Part shown: piece after piece, positions 1 to 8,743 of the stretch
Layout: every line of letters starts with the position of its first letter
How positions within the stretch are numbered: position 1 is the stretch's first letter
NCBI GenBank assembly: GCA_041615815.1
Contig: JBFJCP010000008.1
Span: 63,154-127,153 of the forward strand
Origin: Gemmatimonadales bacterium
GTDB lineage: Bacteria > Gemmatimonadota > Gemmatimonadetes > Gemmatimonadales > GWC2-71-9
Length of the DNA: 64,000 bases
Direction: 5' to 3'
Made by a program: the position numbers and the translations under genes
The notes under the pieces: generated by a model
What the model saw: only the letters and a program-made list of their open reading frames with translations
What the model was told of the DNA's origin: nothing
Database searches by the model: none

Positions 1-300
1 CCCACTGGAGACGCGACGTAAGTGCCGCCCGTCCACGTCGATCACGTACTGTTGATCGCACGTGGAATCGCCCTCCTGACGTTGGAAGATGAGCTGGCGA
101 CCGTCGGGCGAGAAATATGCCTCCGCATTCTGTCCGCCAAACGTGAGCTGACGCAGATTGGCAAAGAACCGCTCTCCTTCGGAGAGCTCGTGCTCGATGG
201 CCGGCGATTCACTGCCGGCTCCACAGGCTCCCGCCACGAGCCCGAGCGCTGTCACGAGCGCCATCGGCACCGCTTTTGGAATGGCCGATATCGTACGCAT
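1..300 (-). CDS. TolB-like (PD40 beta-propeller) lipoprotein, truncated at window edge
   Basis: Manual translation from ATG 300: MRTISAIPK...GLVAGAC (lipobox) ...LRQLTFGGQNAEAYFSPDGRQLIFQ, a PD40-type repeat. Absent from the ORF track because it has no stop in the window. Confidence 0.75.
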   Translation of the reverse strand, partial: MRTISAIPKAVPMALVTALGLVAGACGAGSESPAIEHELSEGERFFANLRQLTFGGQNAEAYFSPDGRQLIFQRQEGDSTCDQQYVIDVDGRHLRRVSSG

Positions 301-476
301 CCCAATAGTATAACCGCCTCGGCCAGGGCTCACGACGCTCCAGTGACATATGCCACCCACCCACGTTGCCGCCAAACGGGGATTGTGCGACCACTCTGGC
401 GGCCTGGGTTACCGAGAGCTCTCATTGTACCCGTCGGGACCACGTAAGACGTTATTTTGCAAACATTTATATATAC

Positions 477-491
477 TGGCACCCACCTTGC
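477..491 (+). promoter_or_regulatory. sigma54 (-24/-12) promoter
   Basis: TGGCAC-CCACC-TTGC, an exact GG-N10-GC match, preceded by an AT-rich tract at 444-476. Confidence 0.7.
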
Positions 492-527
492 TCTCTCAGA
501 GGATGGAATCAAACCGAGGATACGACG

Positions 528-854
528 ATGAGGCGAGAGGCACGCAAGGCGGGAGCGTTCCGAGTCGATGGACTCGGGAAGCTGTGCCTCGAGGGACAGG
601 AGGTTGCGAGCTATCTGTTCCAGGTCCCCCATGACGAGGGCCAGTGGGCACGCCTCGAGGAGATCGTGAACGGGATCGTCGAGCGATCGGCGACGACGCC
701 GCTCCGAGAGCTGCCGGCCATCGCCAAGGAGATGCAGCACGTGTTGGCCGCGCCGCCGTCGGTCGTGGCGGCGGATCAGCTGAACGCCGCGTTCGACCGC
801 ATCATCAAGCTCTTGAAATCTGCGCGCAGTGGGTTGTTCGTCGCGATCCCCTGA
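528..854 (+). CDS. hypothetical protein (108 aa, helical)
   Basis: ATG 528 with GAGGA 516-520, inside ORF 366..854, downstream of the sigma54 motif. Codon usage looks coding. Confidence 0.65.
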   Translation: MRREARKAGAFRVDGLGKLCLEGQEVASYLFQVPHDEGQWARLEEIVNGIVERSATTPLRELPAIAKEMQHVLAAPPSVVAADQLNAAFDRIIKLLKSARSGLFVAIP

Positions 855-888
855 GCCCGGGTCGCAACGACGCTCCCATCGATCCCCG

Positions 889-1077
889 TTAGCAGAACAC
901 GCCTAGATCCAGCCGCGCGGCAACTCGCGTGGTGTTTCCCAATAGTCCACTGGGACTCCGCACCCTCCAGCGTGTCCCGGGTGCGCAAGAGGAACGGCAC
1001 CGTGAGGCTCGGGCCCCGGTTGACCTGCTCACGCGCGCCGCCATCGGTGTCCGGGCGACACTCAGCCAGAACGGCAA
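889..1077 (-). pseudogene. possible remnant of a beta-barrel protein C-terminus paralogous to 1159..2424
   Basis: Ends GLLGNTTRVAARLDLGVFC*, which aligns without gaps to GFASDATGLGGRFDMGFFF* of the neighbouring gene. Confidence 0.3.
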
Positions 1078-1158
1078 CCAATGTACCTGGCAGCAACAGG
1101 GCGCCCCGTATGGGACGCCCGTCCGCGCACGCGCGTGAACAACGAGCTGGCAGCGGCG

Positions 1159-2424
1159 CTAGAAGAAGAACCCCATGTCGAAGCGGCCGCCCAATCCGGT
1201 GGCGTCGCTTGCGAACCCGCCCAACGAACCCCCGGCAAGGGTGAACAAGAAGTGTCGGCTTTCGATCCCCAATCCCGCCGTATACCCAATTCCTTGGTGC
1301 CCGCCCAGGATGAGCCCAAGACGGATCGGGAACACGGCGACGGGTCGCCATGTCGAGCCCACATCCACCACGAACGGCGTTTCGAACTCGCCGTCCACGG
1401 GGAGCGTGGCGCTGCCGTCGAGCTGTACGTAGCGACTGGCCCATGCGCTGGCGGCAAATCGCACGATCCGGGGCAGCGTGATCTGCGTGGCAACCGTATC
1501 CTGAATCTGGAACGCCAGGGTCTCGAGCGAATCGTTGACCTCTAACAGGTTCGTCGTGTTGACGGAGAAGCTGAGGAGCCGCCGCTCCACCTCACCCAAC
1601 GTCACTCGCCCCACGTTCGCCACCATGGCTTCGAACGCAAAACCCGATGTAGGCCATTCGGCACGGAACAAGAAATCGCCCACCACCCCCGAGCCGTTCA
1701 CCGAAAGCCCCGGTGAAGGAGTTGCCAGGTTCTCGATGTCGAGTCGCGCCGCAATGCTGTCACCGACGATCGCCAGACGGCTGTCGATCGAGGTTTGGGC
1801 CCGGGCATAGGCCAACGGCCTGACGTACCGCCCGCCGAACCCGAAACTGAGCTGCACACCGTCTTCCGAACCCAACGGGCCGAGCCGGACCAGCCCATGC
1901 ACCCCATACTCACTGGTGGCGATTCCGCTCCCACCGGAGCTCCCCAGGAAGAAGTCCTGCGTACCGCCGAGGCCGTCACGCAGAAGCACGATCGCATCCT
2001 CGTCCGCGACAAACGAGCCATACCCCCTCGCCTGAGCGGAAAACCCTATTTGGAAGAGTCGATGAACGGGGCCGCCAAAAAAGATACCGGCCTCCCCTTG
2101 TCCAGCGCCCTGCAGCGCCGCGCCCGGGGGCACCGCTCCGAGCGTGGTCACGACGTCACCGATGACCTCGTTGCTTCGGTCGCTCACCAACAGATCGCCG
2201 AGATCACTCATGAGAAGCGCGTTGTTTTCCGCGGTTACACCCACGGACATGACGAAGCCCCAATGGGGCACCATCAAATGGCGGAAAGGATCGTTGCGCA
2301 GCTGCGGAGTGCGACGATAGGCAGCGGCCACGCTCGAGCCGTCCGACATCGGAGCGTCGGACTGAGCCGCCAGCTCCGTGATGGGGAGCAAGGCAGCGAT
2401 CAACAGAATGCTCGCGCGGTTCAT
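1159..2424 (-). CDS. outer-membrane beta-barrel protein (DUF5723/FadL-like)
   Basis: Signal peptide (MNRASILLIAALLPITELAA), alternating Gly/hydrophobic beta strands, terminal Phe, GAGGA RBS. Confidence 0.7.
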   Translation of the reverse strand: MNRASILLIAALLPITELAAQSDAPMSDGSSVAAAYRRTPQLRNDPFRHLMVPHWGFVMSVGVTAENNALLMSDLGDLLVSDRSNEVIGDVVTTLGAVPPGAALQGAGQGEAGIFFGGPVHRLFQIGFSAQARGYGSFVADEDAIVLLRDGLGGTQDFFLGSSGGSGIATSEYGVHGLVRLGPLGSEDGVQLSFGFGGRYVRPLAYARAQTSIDSRLAIVGDSIAARLDIENLATPSPGLSVNGSGVVGDFLFRAEWPTSGFAFEAMVANVGRVTLGEVERRLLSFSVNTTNLLEVNDSLETLAFQIQDTVATQITLPRIVRFAASAWASRYVQLDGSATLPVDGEFETPFVVDVGSTWRPVAVFPIRLGLILGGHQGIGYTAGLGIESRHFLFTLAGGSLGGFASDATGLGGRFDMGFFF

Positions 2425-2463
2425 TGTGATCCTCGTCTGTGATATTGGGCTCCGTATTCTCTC

Positions 2464-2478
2464 TCAAAGTCTATGCCA
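2464..2478 (-). promoter_or_regulatory. possible sigma54-like promoter for the beta-barrel gene
   Basis: Minus strand TGGCAT-AGACT-TTGA (GG-N10-GA, mismatch at -12). Confidence 0.3.
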
Positions 2479-2736
2479 CACGACTAGGTCGTTTCTCACA
2501 AAAAGACCGTGCGTAAATCGGCTGACCGGCGTGCGGCATATGTGGGATTTCGGGGCAGCGGGGGTCGTTTTGGGCTTCTCGACGTGCCTTCCCCCGCGAC
2601 AACGGGCAACGGCAGTGCTACGACTCTTGCTCTTTGCGACAACGCCACCCGGCGGCAGCCACTGCTCAGGAGCCCCCTCTCCACTGGCAACCACAGGCGA
2701 GACTCACCGGTTTGTTGGCGTCGGACTGCCGGAACG

Positions 2737-2767
2737 AAAAACGGGACGACCGGCGTCGCCCCGTTTT
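2737..2767 (-). terminator. intrinsic terminator of pruA (possibly bidirectional)
   Basis: AAAAACGGGACGAC-CGGC-GTCGCCCCGTTTT hairpin with A/T tails, just past the pruA stop. Confidence 0.7.
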
Positions 2768-2793
2768 ACCGCCTCGTGATACTCCGTGCGTTG

Positions 2794-4422
2794 CTACTCG
2801 CGCTCCATGAACGGATAGCGATATTCGGTGGGAGGTACGAAGCTCTCCTTGATCGTCCGCGCCGACACCCATCGCAGCAAGTTCATTTTCGAACCGGCCT
2901 TGTCGTTGGTTCCGCTGGCCCGCGAGCCACCGAATGGCTGGTGCCCAACGACTGCTCCGGTGGGTTTGTCGTTGATATAGAAGTTACCGGCCGCGTGGCG
3001 AAGCGCCGTCGTTGCCTGCTTCACGGCCTGCCGGTCGTTCGCGAACACCGCGCCGGTCAACGCATAGGGTGAGGTTTCGTCCACTTGACGCAATAGCGAT
3101 TCCCAGTCTCGTTCCCGATACACGTAGACGCTGACCACCGGCCCAAAGATCTCCTCGCACATGGTCCGGTAATCTGGCTTGCGGGCCTGGATGACCGTCG
3201 GTTGAATGAAGTAGCCTTCGGAGTCGTCCACGCCGCCGCCGGCGATGACGTCCGCGTCTGTAGACTTGCGCGCGTCCTCGATGTAGCTGGCAATCTTCGT
3301 GAACGCCGGTTCGTCGATCACCGCACCCATGAAGTTCCGAAAATCCGCCACATCACCCACAGCAATGTCGCCGATCTCGTGGAGAAGATCGTCCCCGCAT
3401 TTCTCCCACAGCGAATCCGGCACGTAGACGCGGGACGCCGCACTGCACTTTTGACCTTGATACTCGAACGCACCCCGCACGATGGCCGTCCGGAGTGCAT
3501 CCGCGTCGGCGCTCGCATGTGCAACGATGAAGTCTTTGCCACCGGTCTCGCCCACGATACGCGGATACGAGCGGTAGCGATCGATGTTGCCACCAATCGC
3601 CCGCCAAAGACTCTGAAAAACCTCCGTGGACCCCGTGAAGTGCACACCCGCAAAATCGGAGTGCCCGAGAGCCACGTCGGTGATCCGGGACGCCTTCCCG
3701 GGAAGGAAGTTGATGACCCCCGGTGGAAGCCCGGCTTCTTCCAACATCCGCATGATGAAGTGCCCGCTGAACACCGCCGTGCTAGCCGGCTTCCAGATGA
3801 CCGTATTGCCCATCAGCGCCGGGGCTGCCGGCAAGTTGCCCGCGATCGCCGTAAAGTTGAACGGCGTGATCGCATAAATGAAACCCTCGAGTGGCCTGTA
3901 CTCGACACGATTCCACTCCCCAGCGCCGGAACGCGGTTGGTCCGCATACAACCGCTGTGCGAAATGGACGTTGAAGCGGTAGAAATCGATGAGCTCGCAG
4001 GCACTGTCGATTTCGGCCTGATGGGCGGTCTTGCTTTGGCACAGCATGGTGGCGGCGTTGAGGGTGTTACGCCACTTGGAGGCGAGGAGTTCGCCAGCCT
4101 TGAGGAAGACCGACGCACGATCCTGCCAGGACCAGTGCGACCACTCGCGATGCGCTTCGGCAGCCGCCGCGATCGCCTGTTCCGCCTCTTTGGCGCCGGC
4201 CACATGCCAATTGGCCAACACGTGGCCGTGCCGATGGGGCATGACCGCCTGTTTACACTGACCGGTGCGCACCTCCTTGCCACCTATGATCAGCGGAATG
4301 TCAGCCTGCTGCTCGCTGAGCTCCGTCACGCGACGCTTGAGCGCCTCGCGCTCGGCCGTTCCCGGCGCATACAGCTGCTCGGGCTCGTTGACGGGTTCCG
4401 GCACGTGAAAGACCCCACTCAT
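2794..4422 (-). CDS. pruA: L-glutamate gamma-semialdehyde (P5C) dehydrogenase
   Basis: ALDH motifs ITPFNFTAI, FTGS, GETGGK, YQGQKCSA, EEIFGP, YINDKPTGAVVGHQPFGGSRASGTNDKAG. Start MSGVFHVPEP after GAGGAGG. Confidence 0.93.
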   Translation of the reverse strand: MSGVFHVPEPVNEPEQLYAPGTAEREALKRRVTELSEQQADIPLIIGGKEVRTGQCKQAVMPHRHGHVLANWHVAGAKEAEQAIAAAAEAHREWSHWSWQDRASVFLKAGELLASKWRNTLNAATMLCQSKTAHQAEIDSACELIDFYRFNVHFAQRLYADQPRSGAGEWNRVEYRPLEGFIYAITPFNFTAIAGNLPAAPALMGNTVIWKPASTAVFSGHFIMRMLEEAGLPPGVINFLPGKASRITDVALGHSDFAGVHFTGSTEVFQSLWRAIGGNIDRYRSYPRIVGETGGKDFIVAHASADADALRTAIVRGAFEYQGQKCSAASRVYVPDSLWEKCGDDLLHEIGDIAVGDVADFRNFMGAVIDEPAFTKIASYIEDARKSTDADVIAGGGVDDSEGYFIQPTVIQARKPDYRTMCEEIFGPVVSVYVYRERDWESLLRQVDETSPYALTGAVFANDRQAVKQATTALRHAAGNFYINDKPTGAVVGHQPFGGSRASGTNDKAGSKMNLLRWVSARTIKESFVPPTEYRYPFMERE

Positions 4423-4471
4423 CGCAGGCACCCCTCCTCGTGCGCACAGGGGGAATCGAAGATGGCGACGG

Positions 4472-4906
4472 TCAAAACCCCCAAATTCCTCGGGTGACCA
4501 GCTCCACGCTGTGACCGTCGGGATCCCGAATGTACAGCGAGCGGCCTCCACGCGGCCACTCGACCTCCGCCTCGATCGACATACCCTGCACTTTGAAATG
4601 GCGCCGCCATTGCACCAAGTCCTCGGCAGTGGTCTCGAATGCAACGTGCATTTGACCGCTCGCCCCATGAGCTGGCGCTTCCCCGGACCCCGTTCTCGTG
4701 GCCCGGGCGTCGAACAGCAGGAGAACGTCCTCGCCCGCGCGGAGGAAGACGTGCCGCTTCGGATCCCGCCCGAGTAACTCGAACCCAAACACGCGCTGGT
4801 AGAACCTCGCCGAGCGATCCAGATCCTCGACATACAACGCGGCTTCGTGAATCCCGCCCACGGGGGGAATCTCCCGTCCCCCCGTTGGTTTCTCCGACGT
4901 CGTCAC
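4472..4906 (-). CDS. VOC/glyoxalase family protein
   Basis: IHEAALYVEDLDRSARFY, HVAF, SLYIRDPDGHSVEL. Confidence 0.88.
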   Translation of the reverse strand: MTTSEKPTGGREIPPVGGIHEAALYVEDLDRSARFYQRVFGFELLGRDPKRHVFLRAGEDVLLLFDARATRTGSGEAPAHGASGQMHVAFETTAEDLVQWRRHFKVQGMSIEAEVEWPRGGRSLYIRDPDGHSVELVTRGIWGF

Positions 4907-4960
4907 GGCGGCTCACTCCCGATTCTTCTTCCGCTGCTTCCGCCCCTTGCGCCTCATGGA

Positions 4961-6061
4961 TCAGAAATGCACGTGCAATTCCAGGCTCACCACGTCGATG
5001 TCGGTGGTCACCTGAGGCACGTCATCCAGCAGCGTGTAGAAGGCGGATAGCTGCACGAACGACACGGGAAAGGTCTCCAGCCCGAAGCGCATGCGGATGC
5101 GCTGATCCTCGGGAACACCCGTCACGTCACCACGGATCTCCGCCCGGGGATCATGATAACCATAAGTGACCTTGAAGTTTACGCCACGATACAGCAGGAG
5201 ATCGCCTTCGATGTAGCCAACGAATTGATCCACATCTTCACCCCCATCGAAGCTGTCGAACACCGCGTCAGCTTCTCCCAAGAGCCCGAGCGGACCCAAC
5301 TGCACACCGGCGAAACCACCAAACACCGACCGTTGACTCCCCGGCGCACTGTTGCGCGCCGCCGAGGCGCCAAACCGGAACTTCGGAAAGACGAGTGCCG
5401 CGCTCCCCGTCACCTGTTTCTGGGAGTTGTTGTCCACCCCGGCGGAGCCGCCGTTGCTGAGCGCGATGGCCAACGCGAGCGGCCCCGGCTCGAACCCGAG
5501 CTCGAACCCGACATCGGGGCTCTGGTAGGTAAATCCCGTTATCGACCGCACGAAGGCGTCGTCGTCCCACAGACGCAAGCCATAGGGAAGCAGGAACTTA
5601 CCAGCTTTGGCATACCCGTTCCCCGGCAGTCCCTCCACCAGCGCAAAGCCCTCGCGAATGAGCGCTCGGTCAGGCCCCACGGTCTGATCCAGGTAGAGCG
5701 CAAGGAAGTTCTGGATGACTCGCGCCTCGAGCTGGACCTGTGCTTCGTTGATGTCGAGGCTCGTCCGCGGCTCCGTCTCGCTCACTGCAGCGGAGGCTTT
5801 GGTACGGAGATCGAGACCGATCCCGATCCAGTCGGTGACGGCGCGACTGCGAAACGCGAGGGCTTTGGTGGGGAGCTGGGTCTGCGCCCACGCACTACCA
5901 AAGTCGTTCCGACCTCCACCACCCGTCCGGTTCACGTGGCACGCCGAGCACTTGAGACCGGTGCGGAGCGCCAGGTAGGGCTCCTCGGCCGCCGCAAGAG
6001 AGGGAGGCATCGCCAGGAGGGTTGCAAAGATCGCTGCAAAGGCACGTGTGTGTCGGCTCAT
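4961..6061 (-). CDS. cytochrome c-porin fusion (Cyc2-like architecture)
   Basis: Signal peptide, then EPYLALRTGLKCSACH (CxxCH) at the mature N-terminus, then porin-like beta strands ending in LHVHF. Confidence 0.7.
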   Translation of the reverse strand: MSRHTRAFAAIFATLLAMPPSLAAAEEPYLALRTGLKCSACHVNRTGGGGRNDFGSAWAQTQLPTKALAFRSRAVTDWIGIGLDLRTKASAAVSETEPRTSLDINEAQVQLEARVIQNFLALYLDQTVGPDRALIREGFALVEGLPGNGYAKAGKFLLPYGLRLWDDDAFVRSITGFTYQSPDVGFELGFEPGPLALAIALSNGGSAGVDNNSQKQVTGSAALVFPKFRFGASAARNSAPGSQRSVFGGFAGVQLGPLGLLGEADAVFDSFDGGEDVDQFVGYIEGDLLLYRGVNFKVTYGYHDPRAEIRGDVTGVPEDQRIRMRFGLETFPVSFVQLSAFYTLLDDVPQVTTDIDVVSLELHVHF

Positions 6062-6102
6062 GATCTGGCACCCCAGAGAAGGTCGTTGATTGACTGGGAG
6101 CA

Positions 6103-6564
6103 TCAGTTGTCGAGCGCCCCGGCGGAGACCCACGATCGGATGGTGTCTATTTGCGCCGGGGTGAGCGGCGCCCCACCGCCCGCAGGCATCTGGGCGCAGC
6201 AGCCTCCCACCGTCAGATGCGTACCCTGAACCTTGTGCACCAGATAGCTCGCGTCAGGGTCACTTCGGGCTATGCGCAGTAACGGCGATTGGTTGGACTG
6301 CACGTTCACGACGTTCGTAAACGTCTGGCCTTCGCTCAGGTTCATGCCTTGCTGCGGATTCGTGCCGGCGTGACAGCCGGAGAGCGCGCAGCTTGCGGTG
6401 AAAGTGGGCTGTACGTCGCAGGAGAGACTGGAGCCCGGATCGTTGGCGGGATCACACGGATCACCCGGTGGCTGGGTGGCGGTGCCATCGCCGGCCAGGC
6501 ACCCGGCCACGCCGAACGCCAGGACTCCAACAACGGTGATCCAACGAGGAAAGGTCATTGGCAC
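6103..6564 (-). CDS. c-type cytochrome lipoprotein (CX4CH)
   Basis: Lipobox VAGC, VQPTFTASCALSGCH, SYLVHKV, QMP (candidate Met ligand), IRSWVSAGALDN, resembling planctomycete-type cytochrome c domains. Confidence 0.72.
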   Translation of the reverse strand: MPMTFPRWITVVGVLAFGVAGCLAGDGTATQPPGDPCDPANDPGSSLSCDVQPTFTASCALSGCHAGTNPQQGMNLSEGQTFTNVVNVQSNQSPLLRIARSDPDASYLVHKVQGTHLTVGGCCAQMPAGGGAPLTPAQIDTIRSWVSAGALDN

Positions 6565-6584
6565 CTCGCCGTGGGGGTCGGTCA

Positions 6585-6627
6585 GTCAGCGATCTTAAGG
6601 TATCGGTCCGTCAGCGATCTTAAGGTA
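6585..6627. repeat. perfect 18-bp direct repeat, two copies, 25-bp period
   Basis: GTCAGCGATCTTAAGGTA at 6585-6602 and 6610-6627. Confidence 0.9.
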
Positions 6628-6630
6628 GAA

Positions 6631-6658
6631 GAGACAGATTCGGACGGCAAAAAGTTCC
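6631..6658 (-). promoter_or_regulatory. ECF (sigmaE-like) promoter
   Basis: Minus strand GGAACT-N17-GTCTC, oriented toward the cytochrome lipoprotein gene. Confidence 0.5.
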
Positions 6659-6720
6659 CTGACACCAAACACCACGGGGCAACGGTGGTTCCGGATGGAT
6701 CGGAGCCGTACAATTGACGG

Positions 6721-8022
6721 ATGACCGTGCGCCACCGAGTGGTGATCGTGGGAGGCGGATTCGGAGGGCTCACCGCCGCCCGGGAGTTTCGCCGGCTCCC
6801 GGTGGGCGTCACGCTCATCGACAAACGAAACGTCCATTTGTTCCAGCCACTCCTCTATCAAGTGGCCACCGGAGGGCTTTCACCGGGCGACATCGTCTCA
6901 CCCCTCCGATGGGTGCTCCGAAAACAACGGAATACTCGGGTGTGGCTCGCCGACGTGGTCAGCGTGGATGCGGACCAGCACGAGCTGCGTCTCGCAGACG
7001 GCACCTCCATAGCATACGATACGCTCATCGTGGCCACGGGTGCGGGAAACCACTATTTCGGACACGATGATTGGGAGCCGCACGCCCCGAGCCTCAAGAC
7101 GCTCGAGGACGCCATCGAGATCCGTCGACGTGTGCTCGAGGCGTTCGAGCGGGCCGAACGCGAGGAGGATCCGGCATCGAGGCAAGCATGGCTCACCTTC
7201 GTCGTTGTCGGTGGCGGACCCACGGGGGTCGAGCTCGCGGGCGCATTGAGTGAGCTGGCTCGCGATACGCTGCGTCACGACTTCCGGTCGATCGACCCAC
7301 GGGAGGCCAGGATCGTGCTCATCGAAGCGCAGGAGCGCGTGCTCCCGGCGTTCCCTGCACCGCTCTCGACCAAGTGCCTCAAGTCGCTGACCCGACTCGG
7401 TGTCACTGCGCGCATCACCACGTTCGTGACCGCGATTGACACCCGTGGGGTGGACGTGGCGCAAGATGCGCGATCCGAGCGGATCCCCGCCCGCACCGTG
7501 CTATGGGCGGCCGGGGTCAGAGGTTCCTCGGTGGGGGCCTCGCTTGCCTCGGCCACCGGTGCACCGCTGGACAAAGCCGGGCGCGTGATCGTGCTACCGG
7601 ACCTCTCCGTGCCAAACCACCCTGAGATCTTCGTGATCGGAGACCTGGCGCACGTGAGTCGGGACGGCGCGTTGCTCCCGGGCGTGGCACCGGTGGCGAT
7701 GCAGCAGGGACGCTACGTGGCCGACGTCGTGGCGCGCCGGCTGCGCGGGCGCTCCATCCACCCGTTTCGCTATCGCGACCGCGGCCAACTGGCTACCATC
7801 GGGCGTGCGGCCGCGGTGGCGGACTTGGGGCGCCTGCGGTTCTCGGGATATCCCGCCTGGCTTCTCTGGCTGTTCGTGCACCTCATGTTTCTCGTCGAGT
7901 TTCAGAACCGGGTTCTGGTGTTCATCCAGTGGGCCTGGCATTACTTCACGCGGAACCGGGGTGCCCGCATCATTACGGAACCTCATGCGTGGCAGACGTG
8001 GCGTCTGCCGCGTGACACCTAG
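6721..8022 (+). CDS. ndh: type II NADH dehydrogenase
   Basis: GGGFGG, HLFQPLLYQVATG, second GGGPTGVELAG, WAAGV, IGD, APVAMQQG. TACAAT lies 6 nt before the ATG. Confidence 0.92.
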   Translation: MTVRHRVVIVGGGFGGLTAAREFRRLPVGVTLIDKRNVHLFQPLLYQVATGGLSPGDIVSPLRWVLRKQRNTRVWLADVVSVDADQHELRLADGTSIAYDTLIVATGAGNHYFGHDDWEPHAPSLKTLEDAIEIRRRVLEAFERAEREEDPASRQAWLTFVVVGGGPTGVELAGALSELARDTLRHDFRSIDPREARIVLIEAQERVLPAFPAPLSTKCLKSLTRLGVTARITTFVTAIDTRGVDVAQDARSERIPARTVLWAAGVRGSSVGASLASATGAPLDKAGRVIVLPDLSVPNHPEIFVIGDLAHVSRDGALLPGVAPVAMQQGRYVADVVARRLRGRSIHPFRYRDRGQLATIGRAAAVADLGRLRFSGYPAWLLWLFVHLMFLVEFQNRVLVFIQWAWHYFTRNRGARIITEPHAWQTWRLPRDT

Positions 8023-8070
8023 CTGCCCGAGGCCCGTATGGTCAGGTGGCGGCCTCGACCAGGAGCAAGG

Positions 8071-8496
8071 ATGGAACCAAACGAAATCTCCGACCGTTCA
8101 CGCGGGGTAGCCCTCGCCCTCTGTTCCGTGATCGGCCCGTTTGGTGGGCACCGATTCTACGTGGGGAAGGTCGGAACCGGTCTGGCCATGCTGTGTACAT
8201 TCGGCGGCCTCGGCATCTGGTGGCTCTACGACATCATCACGGTGGCTGCCGGGGGGTTCCGCGACGTCGAGGGCAAGCGGGTCTGGCGGTGGGCGGAGCC
8301 CGGCTCCCTCGAGGGGACCGAGCGGCGGAACCTCACCCACGAACAAACCGAAGCCATCTTTGCCGAGCTGGATGCCCTGCGGATGGACGTCTCCGAGCTC
8401 GCCGAACGGACGGATTTCATGGAACGCATGCTGACGAGGGAGAAGGCGGCAGGACGGATCCCGCCCGGAACTGGCGGTCGGGGACCCTACGAATGA
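8071..8496 (+). CDS. TM2 domain membrane protein with C-terminal coiled coil
   Basis: GPFGGHRFYVGKVGTG...TFGGLGIWWLYD (TM2 motif), AGGAG RBS. Confidence 0.85.
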   Translation: MEPNEISDRSRGVALALCSVIGPFGGHRFYVGKVGTGLAMLCTFGGLGIWWLYDIITVAAGGFRDVEGKRVWRWAEPGSLEGTERRNLTHEQTEAIFAELDALRMDVSELAERTDFMERMLTREKAAGRIPPGTGGRGPYE

Positions 8497-8666
8497 CACA
8501 CCCGGGGACGGAACGGGAGACAAGACGGCCTGCCACGCGGGCCGCGACAGTGGTGCTGCTCGTTCTGTTTGTCGGATTTATGGCCCGGGAGGCCGTGGTG
8601 GGCGGGTGCGTGGTGGGGCTGAGCATTCCCTCGGGGCACGTGCCGTCACCAGTCAGCTCACGATGA
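8493..8666 (+). CDS. small membrane hypothetical protein
   Basis: ATGA overlap with the TM2 stop, one hydrophobic helix (VVLLVLFVGF). Confidence 0.35.
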   Translation: MTHPGTERETRRPATRAATVVLLVLFVGFMAREAVVGGCVVGLSIPSGHVPSPVSSR

Positions 8667-8743
8667 CCGAACGGCCGAGGCCCGGCGAAAAGAAGGCCGG
8701 GAATAAAGGCGATGCATCACCGCCCAAACGCCTGCCCTGACGC

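Noticed and set aside
3202..4497. Long antisense ORFs (also 26031-27377, 37814-38902, 60311-61768)
   Set aside because: These are shadow ORFs opposite well-supported genes, expected in high-GC DNA.
4423..4833. N-terminal extension of the 679-aa pruA ORF as a PutA-like fusion
   Set aside because: The extension is an alternate frame of the VOC gene, and a strong RBS precedes ATG 4422. The long 5' extensions of the mutS, polA, proA, rnpA and M28 ORFs were trimmed for the same reason.
6585..6627. CRISPR array
   Set aside because: Only two 18-bp copies with a 7-bp spacer, and no cas genes.
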